Source: a virus (Duplodnaviria > Caudoviricetes). Taken from it: DNA of 24,040 bases. Location: the IMG/VR virus record IMGVR_UViG_3300020403_000087, positions 1 to 24,040 of that record. One strand, written 5' to 3'. Shown here one piece after another: positions 6,892 through 16,378 of the stretch. The notes beneath the pieces are model-generated. The model was not told where the DNA came from. It searched no databases and worked only from the letters and a program-made list of their open reading frames with translations. How positions within the stretch are numbered: position 1 is the stretch's first letter; each line of letters starts with the position of its first letter. Made by a program: the position numbers and the translations under genes.

Positions 6892-7810
6892 AGAATGTTT
6901 ACCTGATGCACAGGCTGACATGCCAATAGATGTTGACATAGGTTTTGTAATAGATCATTTGCCAGACAAATATGTTGACTATCACAAAACACGGGACGAA
7001 CTATGTGCAATTCATTATGGTAGTAATCCACTAGTTGAACAAGGACCAAACACTGCATTTGTATATGAACAGTATGTTGATATGGCACATGCTGGAAATA
7101 AACTATTTGTATGTGAAACAATAAGTCACATACAGGATATTGAAACTGGTAATGCGCCCACAAAAGAGTTTAAATTTAGTGCTTGGTTAAACAAACCCAG
7201 AGAACATAGAATAGTCCTCAGTAGTTGGTTAAATGAAAATTTTACAATAGACGATAACTGGGAGTATACTAGTTCATTCAATGTTGAGCAGGAACATATT
7301 ACACTGCATACTCTGTTTATAGGAGATATATATCCTGGTCTACCCATAAGATTTACAGAGGAATTGCCCAGAAGCAAGGCTGTATTTAACATTATTACAG
7401 AGCCAAACTTTTGGGAACTAGGACATCACTGGAGTGCAAAGTCAGAAGAATGTTTCCTGGATTATTGTATTCCTGTTCAACATGGATATATGGCATGTGA
7501 TAGCCTACAGAAACTGGGTTTCGATATGTTTGTGGACATCCTGGATTATACTAGTCAAACAATTACAGATCCATATGCAAGAACTATACAATTAATGCAG
7601 GATAATCGTGAAGCATTGGATAATGCATGGGATATATGGAATATGCCAGGCGTACAGGAACGTGTTGAACAAAACCATAGACTGTTAGTGCAATTAAACT
7701 CATGCATTGAATTATTAAACACACCTGAGGATATTGCTTTTTTCAAAGATATAATGTACAATACTAACAATAAAGAATTACGAACCCGTTTGGAATATAT
7801 ATTTAGATGA
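6869..7810 (+). CDS. Putative glycosyltransferase-like protein, distant relative of 3005-4021 (313 aa)
   Basis: NKPREHR, FNIITEP...SAKS, LQKLGFDMFVDILD parallel the motifs in 3005-4021. Confidence 0.55.
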   Translation: MKLSHTFKECLPDAQADMPIDVDIGFVIDHLPDKYVDYHKTRDELCAIHYGSNPLVEQGPNTAFVYEQYVDMAHAGNKLFVCETISHIQDIETGNAPTKEFKFSAWLNKPREHRIVLSSWLNENFTIDDNWEYTSSFNVEQEHITLHTLFIGDIYPGLPIRFTEELPRSKAVFNIITEPNFWELGHHWSAKSEECFLDYCIPVQHGYMACDSLQKLGFDMFVDILDYTSQTITDPYARTIQLMQDNREALDNAWDIWNMPGVQERVEQNHRLLVQLNSCIELLNTPEDIAFFKDIMYNTNNKELRTRLEYIFR

Positions 7811-9264
7811 AACCTGCAATACTACACGTTAAAGATGAAGTAAACGTTAAGATTGAAGGACTTGACCTGGATACAAGACGCAAGTTGAGTAACATGTTCA
7901 AGTATGAAGTACCCTATGCACGTTACTTGCCCGCAGTTAAACTGGGACGCTGGGACGGCAAAAAAGCATTTTTTCAACTTGGAGGGAGTACCTATATAAA
8001 CCTCCTCCCGGACATTCTTCCTGTACTACAGCAACAGGGCTATGATGTTACGCTAAATGATCTGCGTGAATATCAGAGTGAGTTTACTCTTGAACCTGTT
8101 ACAGAAGATAGTTTTAGTCATGTAGCGTGGCCAAAGGGGCATCCTGCTGAAGGAGAGCCTATTATATTACGTGACTACCAAGTTGAAACTATTAATCAGT
8201 TCCTAGCAAATCCACAAAGTCTGCAAGAAGTAGCAACAGGTGCTGGTAAAACACTAATGACTGCGGCACTTAGTAAGAGTGTAGAACAGTATGGACGTTC
8301 AATTGTAATTGTACCAAACAAAAGTTTAGTCACACAGACAGAAGAGGACTATATTAATATGGGTCTGGATGTTGGCGTATACTATGGTGATCGCAAAGAG
8401 TTCGGAAAAACGCATACTATTTGTACTTGGCAGAGTATGAACATATTACTTAAGAATACAAAGAACAGCGTGGCACCCATAAGCATTGGAGAGTTCCTCG
8501 AGGATGTAGTATGTATTATGGTTGATGAAGTACACATGGCAAAAGCAGATGCACTTACTGCACTGCTTACAGGTGTTATGAGTCATATTCCTATACGCTG
8601 GGGACTAACAGGTACAGTACCCAAGGAAAAGTTTGAAAACGTGGGTATCATATGTAGTATTGGTCCTGTTATAAATCAGATCAGTGCAAAAGAACTGCAG
8701 GATAAAGGTGTTCTTGCGCAGTGTCATGTTAACATTGTGCAGATGATTGACGTTGTTGCACACAATAATTATCAAAGTGAACTTAAATACTTACTGGGAG
8801 ACAAAGATAGAATAGACTGGATAGGTAGTTTATGCAATAGTATCAAGGACAGTGGTAACACACTTATACTTGTGGATCGCATAAGTGCAGGTGAAGCACT
8901 ACAACTAGCAATACCGGATAGTGTCTTTGTATCAGGGAGTACAAAGGGTGCAGATAGAAAAGCAGAATATGACGAGGTATCAACTGCTGAAGGCAAGGTC
9001 ATTATCGCAACATACGGTGTGGCGGCTGTTGGTATTAATATTCCAAGAATTTTTAATCTTGTGCTTGTTGAACCTGGTAAAAGTTTCGTGCGTGTTATTC
9101 AAAGTATTGGTAGAGGTATACGCAAGGCTAAAGACAAAGATTTTGTACAGATCTGGGACATAACTTCAACAGCAAAGTATGCTAAAAGACATCTAACAAA
9201 ACGCAAAGCATTTTATAAAGAAGCAAACTATCCTTTTACAGTAGAGAAGGCAGACTGGAATTGA
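7807..9264 (+). CDS. uvsW: SF2 DNA helicase, UvsW-like (485 aa)
   Basis: LRDYQ, ATGAGKT, DEVH, GLTGT, GINIP, QSIGRGIR motifs. Confidence 0.9.
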   Translation: MKPAILHVKDEVNVKIEGLDLDTRRKLSNMFKYEVPYARYLPAVKLGRWDGKKAFFQLGGSTYINLLPDILPVLQQQGYDVTLNDLREYQSEFTLEPVTEDSFSHVAWPKGHPAEGEPIILRDYQVETINQFLANPQSLQEVATGAGKTLMTAALSKSVEQYGRSIVIVPNKSLVTQTEEDYINMGLDVGVYYGDRKEFGKTHTICTWQSMNILLKNTKNSVAPISIGEFLEDVVCIMVDEVHMAKADALTALLTGVMSHIPIRWGLTGTVPKEKFENVGIICSIGPVINQISAKELQDKGVLAQCHVNIVQMIDVVAHNNYQSELKYLLGDKDRIDWIGSLCNSIKDSGNTLILVDRISAGEALQLAIPDSVFVSGSTKGADRKAEYDEVSTAEGKVIIATYGVAAVGINIPRIFNLVLVEPGKSFVRVIQSIGRGIRKAKDKDFVQIWDITSTAKYAKRHLTKRKAFYKEANYPFTVEKADWN

Positions 9265-9908
9265 CTACTGTACTTAACGGATGTAGTTTTGGACTTAACT
9301 GGCACCCTTTTCCAGGCGTAAATTTAAGCAAAGATGGGGGCAGTATATATAGGAGCATTAGAACTACAGTTGAATATGTTGCGGCATATGGGCCAGTGGA
9401 TTGGGTTTTAATTCCCCTAACTTTTGTAAATCGTTTTGAAATAAGCAGAATTAATGAAGAAAACGATCCTATTGAAGGTAGTTATGTTATAGATGGTGAA
9501 TTTGACTATAATAAAATAAATGCACAAATTAGTGATACTTGTTACAAAGAATGGGACTATGCTTTCCTAAACATTGCACTATTTGCAGGATGGTTAGATA
9601 ACCAGGGTATAAAGTATTTGATTTGGGATCAGTGTAATAATTTTAATCCTGACATGATACGTGGATTTCCTGGCATAGAAAAACAAAAATTTGTAAGGGA
9701 AAATAAACGTGTTATTCCAATATTAAATTTTTGTGCTAATCAATATATGTATGAAAATGGAGGCGAATGGTTTGAACATGATTCGGATAAGGAGCCTTAT
9801 CAAAGACATTATAAGCCAGAAGCATTTGCCTTTGTAAAAGAATACCTGGACAAGTATGCAAAAGATGTACTAAATGAAACAATAGATTGGAAGAGTAATG
9901 ATGAGTGA
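9261..9908 (+). CDS. SGNH hydrolase-like protein (215 aa)
   Basis: NGCSFG, NLSKDGGS and a C-terminal His; TTG start overlapping the upstream stop. Confidence 0.65.
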   Translation: MTTVLNGCSFGLNWHPFPGVNLSKDGGSIYRSIRTTVEYVAAYGPVDWVLIPLTFVNRFEISRINEENDPIEGSYVIDGEFDYNKINAQISDTCYKEWDYAFLNIALFAGWLDNQGIKYLIWDQCNNFNPDMIRGFPGIEKQKFVRENKRVIPILNFCANQYMYENGGEWFEHDSDKEPYQRHYKPEAFAFVKEYLDKYAKDVLNETIDWKSNDE

Positions 9909-10470
9909 AACAGACACAGACATGCCAAAACATGGAAGCACCATGTACAACTCAGGTATGGCGTATTTTAGTGATGGATTCGATAACAAAAGTACTAGCG
10001 TAATTATTCGTTGGATTATTGAAATGAATCTATTGGCTAAAGCACAACGTCCCAAACAACTAACACTAATTATTAACAGTCCTGGTGGTAGTGTACATGC
10101 GGCGTTTGCGCTAATTGACACAATGAAAGGCAGTAGTATTCCTATTAGAACTGTAGGCCTGGGACTTATAGCAAGTTGTGGTGTGCTTACTTTCATGGCT
10201 GGTAAGAAAGGTCGCCGTGTAATTACTCCTAACACAAGTATCCTAAGTCATCAATATAGTTGGGGAAGTCGTGGTAAGGAACATGAACTATTTGCACAGG
10301 TAAGAGAGTTCGAACTTAGCACAGAACGTATGGTTGAACATTATAAAAAATGCACAGGACTTACAGAAAAGAAGATACGTGAAGTATTACTGCCGCCCGA
10401 AGATAGATGGCTAAGTGCAGAAGAAGCAGTGAAATATGGCATTGCGGATAAAATTGTAGAGGTATACTAA
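9901..10470 (+). CDS. clpP: ClpP-family serine protease subunit
   Basis: INSPGGSV, catalytic Ser in IASCG, His in ILSHQ, Asp in EDRWLSAEEA, YGIAD; start 9898 or 9901. Confidence 0.92.
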   Translation: MSETDTDMPKHGSTMYNSGMAYFSDGFDNKSTSVIIRWIIEMNLLAKAQRPKQLTLIINSPGGSVHAAFALIDTMKGSSIPIRTVGLGLIASCGVLTFMAGKKGRRVITPNTSILSHQYSWGSRGKEHELFAQVREFELSTERMVEHYKKCTGLTEKKIREVLLPPEDRWLSAEEAVKYGIADKIVEVY

Positions 10471-10973
10471 TGCGCATATTAACACTGGAAAACAAAGCAT
10501 ACGAAATGAACGACATACCCGATGAGGTAGAGGATTTACGTTTTGCAATACTGGATAACAGTGATCCTGCTGATCCAGATTATTTCTTTATTCCACTTAT
10601 ATTTTTAGAAAGTTTTAATTCACCTGCAGTAGTACTGGATGTAGGTGGTAAAATGATACGCATGCCTGTTGATTGGAAGATACTAATTGGTGATAGAGAA
10701 ATAGGTGATCTTGAAATGCTTAATTTTAGTAGTCTTAATGACAGAGGATTCGATGCATTTGTATTCAATCCATTGGGAGACTTCCGTCATGATTACCTAC
10801 CTGTAAACATAGTGGATATATATTCCGATGTCAAATGGTTCTTCCCGAAACTTAAACAAGGACAAATCCTTGCGATTCCCATTGAAACAGATACTGATAA
10901 TCCCCGATGCGTCTACTGCGCCAAAGAGATCAACAAGCAGAACGAGATTGTTTCAATTGACAGAGCCTGGTAA
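10470..10973 (+). CDS. Conserved hypothetical phage protein (167 aa)
   Basis: TAATG coupling; intact ORF within the replication block. Confidence 0.8.
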   Translation: MRILTLENKAYEMNDIPDEVEDLRFAILDNSDPADPDYFFIPLIFLESFNSPAVVLDVGGKMIRMPVDWKILIGDREIGDLEMLNFSSLNDRGFDAFVFNPLGDFRHDYLPVNIVDIYSDVKWFFPKLKQGQILAIPIETDTDNPRCVYCAKEINKQNEIVSIDRAW

Positions 10974-11223
10974 AATACTACGTGCAGACTACAGGGTGTT
11001 TCAGTGGAGCGGTTATATTAATTATGAACGTACCCGCAAACAACTAGCAGGCATGCAGGATTTAAGTGCTAGGATAGAACGCTATCTTGAAAACAGAACA
11101 GGCTATGACATACGCATGCAAGACAGGACATACATATTAGAGTTTGAAAGACTTGACGATGCTCGTATGTTTGTGTTATCATTTAGTGATGTTATACACA
11201 GTGCAGGAGTAAACTTTGAGTGA
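10957..11223 (+). CDS. Hypothetical protein (about 88 aa; start uncertain)
   Basis: Fills the gap; in-frame TTG at 10957 avoids the long overlap implied by ATG 10828. Confidence 0.55.
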   Translation: MTEPGKILRADYRVFQWSGYINYERTRKQLAGMQDLSARIERYLENRTGYDIRMQDRTYILEFERLDDARMFVLSFSDVIHSAGVNFE

Positions 11224-11656
11224 TAAACTTCCCCTAAACACAGTGCTTGCGGCTATAGATAAAAAAGACTATGGCTTCTATGATCGTCTTACTCCGGAAC
11301 ATCAGAAGCAACTGGCACCTTTCCTACTTAATCGTTATGTTAGTTTGGTTAAGGGCAGTGGAGAACTACAAGCATATTATCTATTGGCAGGAAATCAACG
11401 TGTGAACTGCACATACTTCGAACTAGCAAAACATCCAAAACTTGTTTGGCAACTATTATGCACAGTATCTCCTGGCATGGGTACACAGTTTCATCAATGG
11501 GTTGGACACAAAAAGAAAGACAAAAACACATCAAGCAAGCGGCGTAAAGAAGTAGAACGCTTGCATCCACTTGCAAAAAGTGATGAACTAGACATTCTAG
11601 TTACTATGTACACTGACAAAGACATCAAAGAAATACAAAGGTTGCATGGTGAATGA
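11216..11656 (+). CDS. Clamp-loader small subunit, T4 gp62-like (146 aa)
   Basis: PFLLNRYVS...NQRVN...FHQWVGHKKK resembles the gp62 PFxxNRxLS...N...W pattern; GGAG RBS and TTG start. Confidence 0.6.
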   Translation: MSDKLPLNTVLAAIDKKDYGFYDRLTPEHQKQLAPFLLNRYVSLVKGSGELQAYYLLAGNQRVNCTYFELAKHPKLVWQLLCTVSPGMGTQFHQWVGHKKKDKNTSSKRRKEVERLHPLAKSDELDILVTMYTDKDIKEIQRLHGE

Positions 11657-11657
11657 C

Positions 11658-11686
11658 TTTACAACAATAGTGAAAGATGCTATAAT
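11658..11686 (+). promoter_or_regulatory. Sigma70-type promoter (17-bp spacer class)
   Basis: TTTACA 11658-11663, 17 bp ending TGC, TATAAT 11681-11686. Confidence 0.75.
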
Positions 11687-11696
11687 TAACTATAGT

Positions 11697-12380
11697 ATGG
11701 AACAAAAAGATTTTGTATGCAAATACTGTGGTAAAAGTTATCGCAAGGAAAGCACTCTTGCGGCACATCTGTGTGAGCCTAAACGTCGTGCGCAACAGGA
11801 AAACGAGGCTGGTGTTAAACTGGGTATGACTGCATACTTGCGTTTTTATGAACTGAGTCAAGGCAGTGCTAAGTTTAAAACATATGCTGACTTTTGTGAA
11901 TCTCCATACTACAATGCGTTTGTAAAGTTTGGTAGACACATGGTTAATATTCGTGCTATTAACACTACAAAGTTTATTGATTGGGTAATTAAAAGCAATA
12001 AGAAACTGGATCATTGGTGCAAGGATGCAGTATATCAGGAATATTTGTTTGATCATATACGCAGAGAAGCAACACAGGATGCACTGGAACGTAGCATAAA
12101 AACAATGGAACGCTGGGCAGAAGATAAGGAAAGTGTGTTTAACCATTACTTCAATTATGTAAGCAGTAATCTACTAGTACAACATGTTACTACAGGACGT
12201 ATCAGTCCCTGGGTAATATTTAACTGTGACAGTGGTGTACAAGCACTGGACAAATTAAGCACAGAACAAATAGAAATGATATTTCCCTACATAGATCCTG
12301 ACTTTTGGAAGCGTAAGTTTGTGGACTTCTTTGCGGACACAGAATGGGTAAAAGCAATACTTAAAGAGGCAGGTTTATAA
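11697..12380 (+). CDS. N-terminal zinc-finger protein (227 aa)
   Basis: CKYC...HLC; promoter position favours ATG 11697 over 11646. Confidence 0.8.
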   Translation: MEQKDFVCKYCGKSYRKESTLAAHLCEPKRRAQQENEAGVKLGMTAYLRFYELSQGSAKFKTYADFCESPYYNAFVKFGRHMVNIRAINTTKFIDWVIKSNKKLDHWCKDAVYQEYLFDHIRREATQDALERSIKTMERWAEDKESVFNHYFNYVSSNLLVQHVTTGRISPWVIFNCDSGVQALDKLSTEQIEMIFPYIDPDFWKRKFVDFFADTEWVKAILKEAGL

Positions 12381-12946
12381 TGTATGATATGCCAGATGTA
12401 GATATTGACTTTGCTGATCGCACACAGTTATTAAAATATGTTGGGGGTACAACAGCAAGACTGGATACGGGTGCTAAACACAATACTGGTGTTTACTTTA
12501 CAGACATTCCTGTTGCACATGATGGACTTGCTACACTGGAACACAAACAAGCAGAAACACTGGGATATTTTAAACTTGATCTCCTAAACGTTAGTGTGTA
12601 TGAGAATGTGCGTGATGAACTACATTTAGTAGAACTAATGCGTGAACCTAACTGGGCACGTTTACAGGATAGACAGTTCTTTGAACAAGTAATACACATT
12701 GCAAATCATTATGAACTAAGCACACAGATGCCAGAACCTGTAAATAGTATACCACGTATGGCAATGTTCCTAGCAGTTATACGCCCTGGCAAAAGACAGT
12801 TAGTGGGCAAAACATGGAGTGAGGTTGCAGAAAGTGTTTGGCAACCTCCTGCAGATGGTGGATACTTTTTTAAGAAGAGTCACAGTGTGGCATATGCACA
12901 ATTAGTAGCAGTGCATATGAATATTTTAGAGGAACAAAATGGCTGA
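12380..12946 (+). CDS. Miniature DnaE / Pol III alpha catalytic-core protein (188 aa)
   Basis: PDVDIDF, KHNTGVY, GYFKLDLL, AVIRPG, FKKSHSVAYA in canonical DnaE order. Confidence 0.85.
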   Translation: MYDMPDVDIDFADRTQLLKYVGGTTARLDTGAKHNTGVYFTDIPVAHDGLATLEHKQAETLGYFKLDLLNVSVYENVRDELHLVELMREPNWARLQDRQFFEQVIHIANHYELSTQMPEPVNSIPRMAMFLAVIRPGKRQLVGKTWSEVAESVWQPPADGGYFFKKSHSVAYAQLVAVHMNILEEQNG

Positions 12947-13199
12947 GAAAAACACAAAACGCATGGAAGAGATACAGCAAAGTTTAATTAATCACATACA
13001 GAATGAACTGCACGATGATGAAGACTTTATGTTTATGGCAACAATGCTTCTAAAACACAGTATGGTTCTTTATAAAACATTTCTGGACGATGATCAAATT
13101 AAACATATGTTGGAATATGTTATGGAAACAATAGATGATGATGTCTATAGGATTGAGGAAGAGGACACAGATGTCCCGCCAGATACCACTGTACACTAA
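12939..13199 (+). CDS. Acidic hypothetical protein (86 aa)
   Basis: GAGGA RBS; overlaps the upstream stop. Confidence 0.75.
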   Translation: MAEKNTKRMEEIQQSLINHIQNELHDDEDFMFMATMLLKHSMVLYKTFLDDDQIKHMLEYVMETIDDDVYRIEEEDTDVPPDTTVH

Positions 13200-13588
13200 A
13201 CGTATATCTGGGGTATCAAATGTATGCCTACAGGCCACTGTATCACTGTCATAGTTATTATCCAATAAGTTGCTGTGTGTAGACACTGATCAAGCACGTT
13301 TGTCCACCACCAACGCATTGTACGTGGTGCCGCACCTATTGCTCTATTAAGGTGATGTTTACAAAAGTCTATGTGCCAGTGTACAAACCAATCCACAATG
13401 CCAATGAGCAGTGCTATGTCTACTGGCAGTAATAACCAGCAAACTACAAATGTTCCTAAACCATGATGTAAGTAATGGTAGTGAGCCAGTTTACTGAAAT
13501 ATCTATGCTTGCCACTTTGTCCTAAATATTGTTGAACACCTAAATCAATAATAAAGTGTTTAATCATTAATAAACCAAAAAGTGTCAT
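13196..13588 (-). CDS. DUF3307-like membrane protein (130 aa)
   Basis: HxxxD (HFIID), HxxxH, HWHID and DQCLH motifs with hydrophobic helices. Confidence 0.75.
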   Translation of the reverse strand: MTLFGLLMIKHFIIDLGVQQYLGQSGKHRYFSKLAHYHYLHHGLGTFVVCWLLLPVDIALLIGIVDWFVHWHIDFCKHHLNRAIGAAPRTMRWWWTNVLDQCLHTATYWIITMTVIQWPVGIHLIPQIYV

Positions 13589-13956
13589 TTTACTTTCTTT
13601 ACTAATTGTATGTTTCTACGCTTGCTGCGTTTCTTTGCAAGATCAGCAATGCTTACACTGGGTCCACGTACTACTTCAGTATCACGAATGTTAAAAGTAA
13701 TTAGGATATTTGCAAACTGTGCAAAGTCGTTTTTAAGAAAAAGGTTAATGGGTATCATACGATTACTTTCCCACCACCAACTTTCTCCTAATTCTAGGAA
13801 AGTGCTTTTAAGTTCTTCTGGTAATTTACTATAGTCATACATACTCAGAACTGTATCGTCCTGATTCTGTACTATTCCTACGTATTCAGAGCCACCATAG
13901 GTAACCAAACTTAAGAACGGATACTTTTCAAATATTTCTTCTGCTAATGGTGGCAT
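13585..13956 (-). CDS. Conserved hypothetical phage protein (123 aa)
   Basis: Intact ORF with WWWESNR motif and basic tail; coupled to the downstream gene by ATGA. Confidence 0.8.
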   Translation of the reverse strand: MPPLAEEIFEKYPFLSLVTYGGSEYVGIVQNQDDTVLSMYDYSKLPEELKSTFLELGESWWWESNRMIPINLFLKNDFAQFANILITFNIRDTEVVRGPSVSIADLAKKRSKRRNIQLVKKVK

Positions 13957-13968
13957 CGTTACCTATAG

Positions 13969-13975
13969 ATAAATA
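13969..13975 (+). promoter_or_regulatory. T4-type late promoter motif ATAAATA
   Basis: Ends 4 nt before ATG 13980. Confidence 0.65.
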
Positions 13976-13979
13976 CAGT

Positions 13980-14735
13980 ATGACTGTTATTACTGGATAT
14001 TTATATGCACAAAGACACACTGCAGTTGTAACTGATACTGGAGTAAACAACATTATGAGTATGTTCTACACACCTAACATTAAAGTATATCGTGGTATAG
14101 ACAACTATATCCGAATAGAATTCAAAAACCGTGATCAAAAACGTGTAACGATGACAGATCACACTGCAAATATTATTATTATGGATAAAGAAAATAGCGT
14201 AGCATATGTTGAACGTGCGCTTACTGCTATTGATCCAAGACGTGGTTTGTTTGAAGCACAAATTACAGAAGCAGATTTACTTAACTTGGACAGTAAGTTT
14301 TACAACTACAGTCTTAAAGTTACCGACGGTGAAAGTAGAATATCACCAGCATACGCAGATGATAATTATGGTGCAAACGGTGTGTTAGAAGTTGTAGAAG
14401 GTATCTATCCTGCATTTGTAGAAAGTACAACTGAGTCTTTTGCAGGCGGAGATACAGGCAGTAATATAACAATCAAACCATATATCAATCGTAACACAGC
14501 GCAACATACAGCGCAGGTATATTTCAGCAGTGCATTTACAGGCACACTAACCATACAGGGCTCGATTAATCCAAGTAATAGTATTCAAAACGCTGACTTT
14601 ACAGACATCACAACACGTACATATACTGCACAGGAAGATAATGACTACATTAACTTTACAGGCGTATACAGTGCAGTGCGTTTTGTGCGTAGTACTACTT
14701 CAGGGACTCTTAATCAAGTATTATATAGACCGTGA
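13980..14735 (+). CDS. Putative virion structural or baseplate-like protein (251 aa)
   Basis: T/S/N-rich, beta-strand pattern; late promoter directly upstream favours ATG 13980. Confidence 0.6.
   Translation: MTVITGYLYAQRHTAVVTDTGVNNIMSMFYTPNIKVYRGIDNYIRIEFKNRDQKRVTMTDHTANIIIMDKENSVAYVERALTAIDPRRGLFEAQITEADLLNLDSKFYNYSLKVTDGESRISPAYADDNYGANGVLEVVEGIYPAFVESTTESFAGGDTGSNITIKPYINRNTAQHTAQVYFSSAFTGTLTIQGSINPSNSIQNADFTDITTRTYTAQEDNDYINFTGVYSAVRFVRSTTSGTLNQVLYRP
13998..14005 (-). promoter_or_regulatory. T4-type late promoter TATAAATA (minus strand)
   Basis: TATTTATA on +; 41 nt upstream of the minus-strand ATG at 13956. Confidence 0.5.
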
Positions 14736-15418
14736 AACTAGTAGGTTTCGGTTGTAGTTTTACCTATGGAAGTGAATTAATAGATCCTGAACTAGCAGGT
14801 GTTTGGGACGAAACCAGTGACAGTGCAATATGGGACAGACACTACAAAAATATACCCTGGCGCACTAGCAATTGTTGGTTAGGATTACTAGCAAAATACA
14901 ACAATTGTGAAGTAGATAATCTTGCTGAACCTGCAAATAGTAACATGGCTATTGCACAGCAGGTTACCAATTATTTTAACACCACACGTAATCCGAATGA
15001 AAAAATTGTAATTTGTGTAGCATGGACTGAGCGTACTCGTTTTAGTTGGTATGATAAGACATGGACACATAACGGATTTGTAAAGGATTCCTGGACTAGT
15101 AGTTGCAAAGATTGGGTAGTACGGTCTACAAACGATAGTCATGACATGTGGACAAACAATGCTAAATTAATTGTTAACAGCGTATGCAAAGCACATAATA
15201 TTTCTGTGTTACAATTTAATGCCCTGGGTACACATGCTACTACTAACTTAGACAATTATTTTATTGATGGATTCAGTATGGATTCTATGTTAAAACGTGC
15301 TGAACAAGAGGACAAAAGACTTAAATTGTTTGCAGAAGGAGGACATCCCAACGAGGCTGGGCATGAGTACTTTACAAAACGGTTGCATTTATTCGCAAAA
15401 GAGCATATAATACTATAG
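14732..15418 (+). CDS. SGNH hydrolase-like protein (228 aa)
   Basis: FGCSFTYG, PANSN, WT...R, GGHPNEAGH; GTG start. Confidence 0.75.
   Translation: MKLVGFGCSFTYGSELIDPELAGVWDETSDSAIWDRHYKNIPWRTSNCWLGLLAKYNNCEVDNLAEPANSNMAIAQQVTNYFNTTRNPNEKIVICVAWTERTRFSWYDKTWTHNGFVKDSWTSSCKDWVVRSTNDSHDMWTNNAKLIVNSVCKAHNISVLQFNALGTHATTNLDNYFIDGFSMDSMLKRAEQEDKRLKLFAEGGHPNEAGHEYFTKRLHLFAKEHIIL
15383..15411 (+). promoter_or_regulatory. Sigma70-type promoter for primase (leaderless)
   Basis: TTGCAT 15383-15388, 17 bp, TATAAT 15406-15411; ATG 15419 lies at the expected TSS. Confidence 0.7.
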
Positions 15419-16378
15419 ATGAATAGTATACAACAGGCAGTAATAGATAGCCTTCCGGGCAAGCAAAAACGTACCAGCAATGGTTGGATTTCGTTTAACG
15501 CTGTTTGCTGTCATCATAATGGTGAAAGTCAGGATAAACGTAGTCGAGGCGGTGTGATTACAAATGGCGATGCTGTGAGTTATCATTGTTTTAACTGCAA
15601 CTTTAAGACTGGCTGGCAACCCGGTAGGCATATTACGTTTAAGATGCGTAAACTACTTACATGGTTAGGTGTGGATGAGAACACTCGTCAGATGCTTAAC
15701 ATTGAAGCATTGCGTATTAAAGAAACTGTTGTATTAGAAGAACCTGATGAAGAACAAATACAAGTTGAATTTAAATCTAGGTCATTACCCGAAGGAGCAA
15801 CTAGCACACTTCCTGACTTTGTGAAGCAATACGCACAAGCAAGAGCATTGCCCACAGAAAAATTAATGTATGCAAATACAAGAGCGGCAGGTATGTGGAA
15901 GCGTGTGATTGTTCCTTTTACTTGGCAGGGTGAGACAATAGGTTTCAGCGCAAGGAGTACGGACAATGCCGGAAGACCCAAATATTTTACTAATCATGAT
16001 ACTGGCTATGTTTATGGGATTGATTCTCAGCATCCTAACAGTCGGTTTGTAATAGTTACAGAAGGCTTATTGGATGCCCTGTGTATAGGCGGTGTTGGTA
16101 TACTAAGCAACCAGTGCAGTGAGCAACAAGCACAAATTATTGACACACTGGCTAGAGAAGTTATACTAGTACCGGATAGAGATAGAGCAGGACAAAAACT
16201 TATAGATGACGCACTTGAATATGGATGGAGTGTTAGTTTTCCTGAATGGGAATCGGATGTTAAAGATGTAAATGACGCAGTGGTGCGTTATGGAAAACTG
16301 TTTACACTAAAAAGTATTATTGATGGAAAACAGACAAACAGTTTAAAAATAAATTTATTAAGGAAAAAACTTGGCTAA
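15419..16378 (+). CDS. DNA primase (DnaG/gp61-like)
   Basis: Zn-binding CCHH...HCFNC; TOPRIM VTEGLLDA, PDRDRAG, KDVND. Confidence 0.9.
   Translation: MNSIQQAVIDSLPGKQKRTSNGWISFNAVCCHHNGESQDKRSRGGVITNGDAVSYHCFNCNFKTGWQPGRHITFKMRKLLTWLGVDENTRQMLNIEALRIKETVVLEEPDEEQIQVEFKSRSLPEGATSTLPDFVKQYAQARALPTEKLMYANTRAAGMWKRVIVPFTWQGETIGFSARSTDNAGRPKYFTNHDTGYVYGIDSQHPNSRFVIVTEGLLDALCIGGVGILSNQCSEQQAQIIDTLAREVILVPDRDRAGQKLIDDALEYGWSVSFPEWESDVKDVNDAVVRYGKLFTLKSIIDGKQTNSLKINLLRKKLG

Noticed and set aside
11646-11696. Longer start of the zinc-finger gene
   Set aside because: The interval contains a near-consensus promoter, so ATG 11697 is more plausible.
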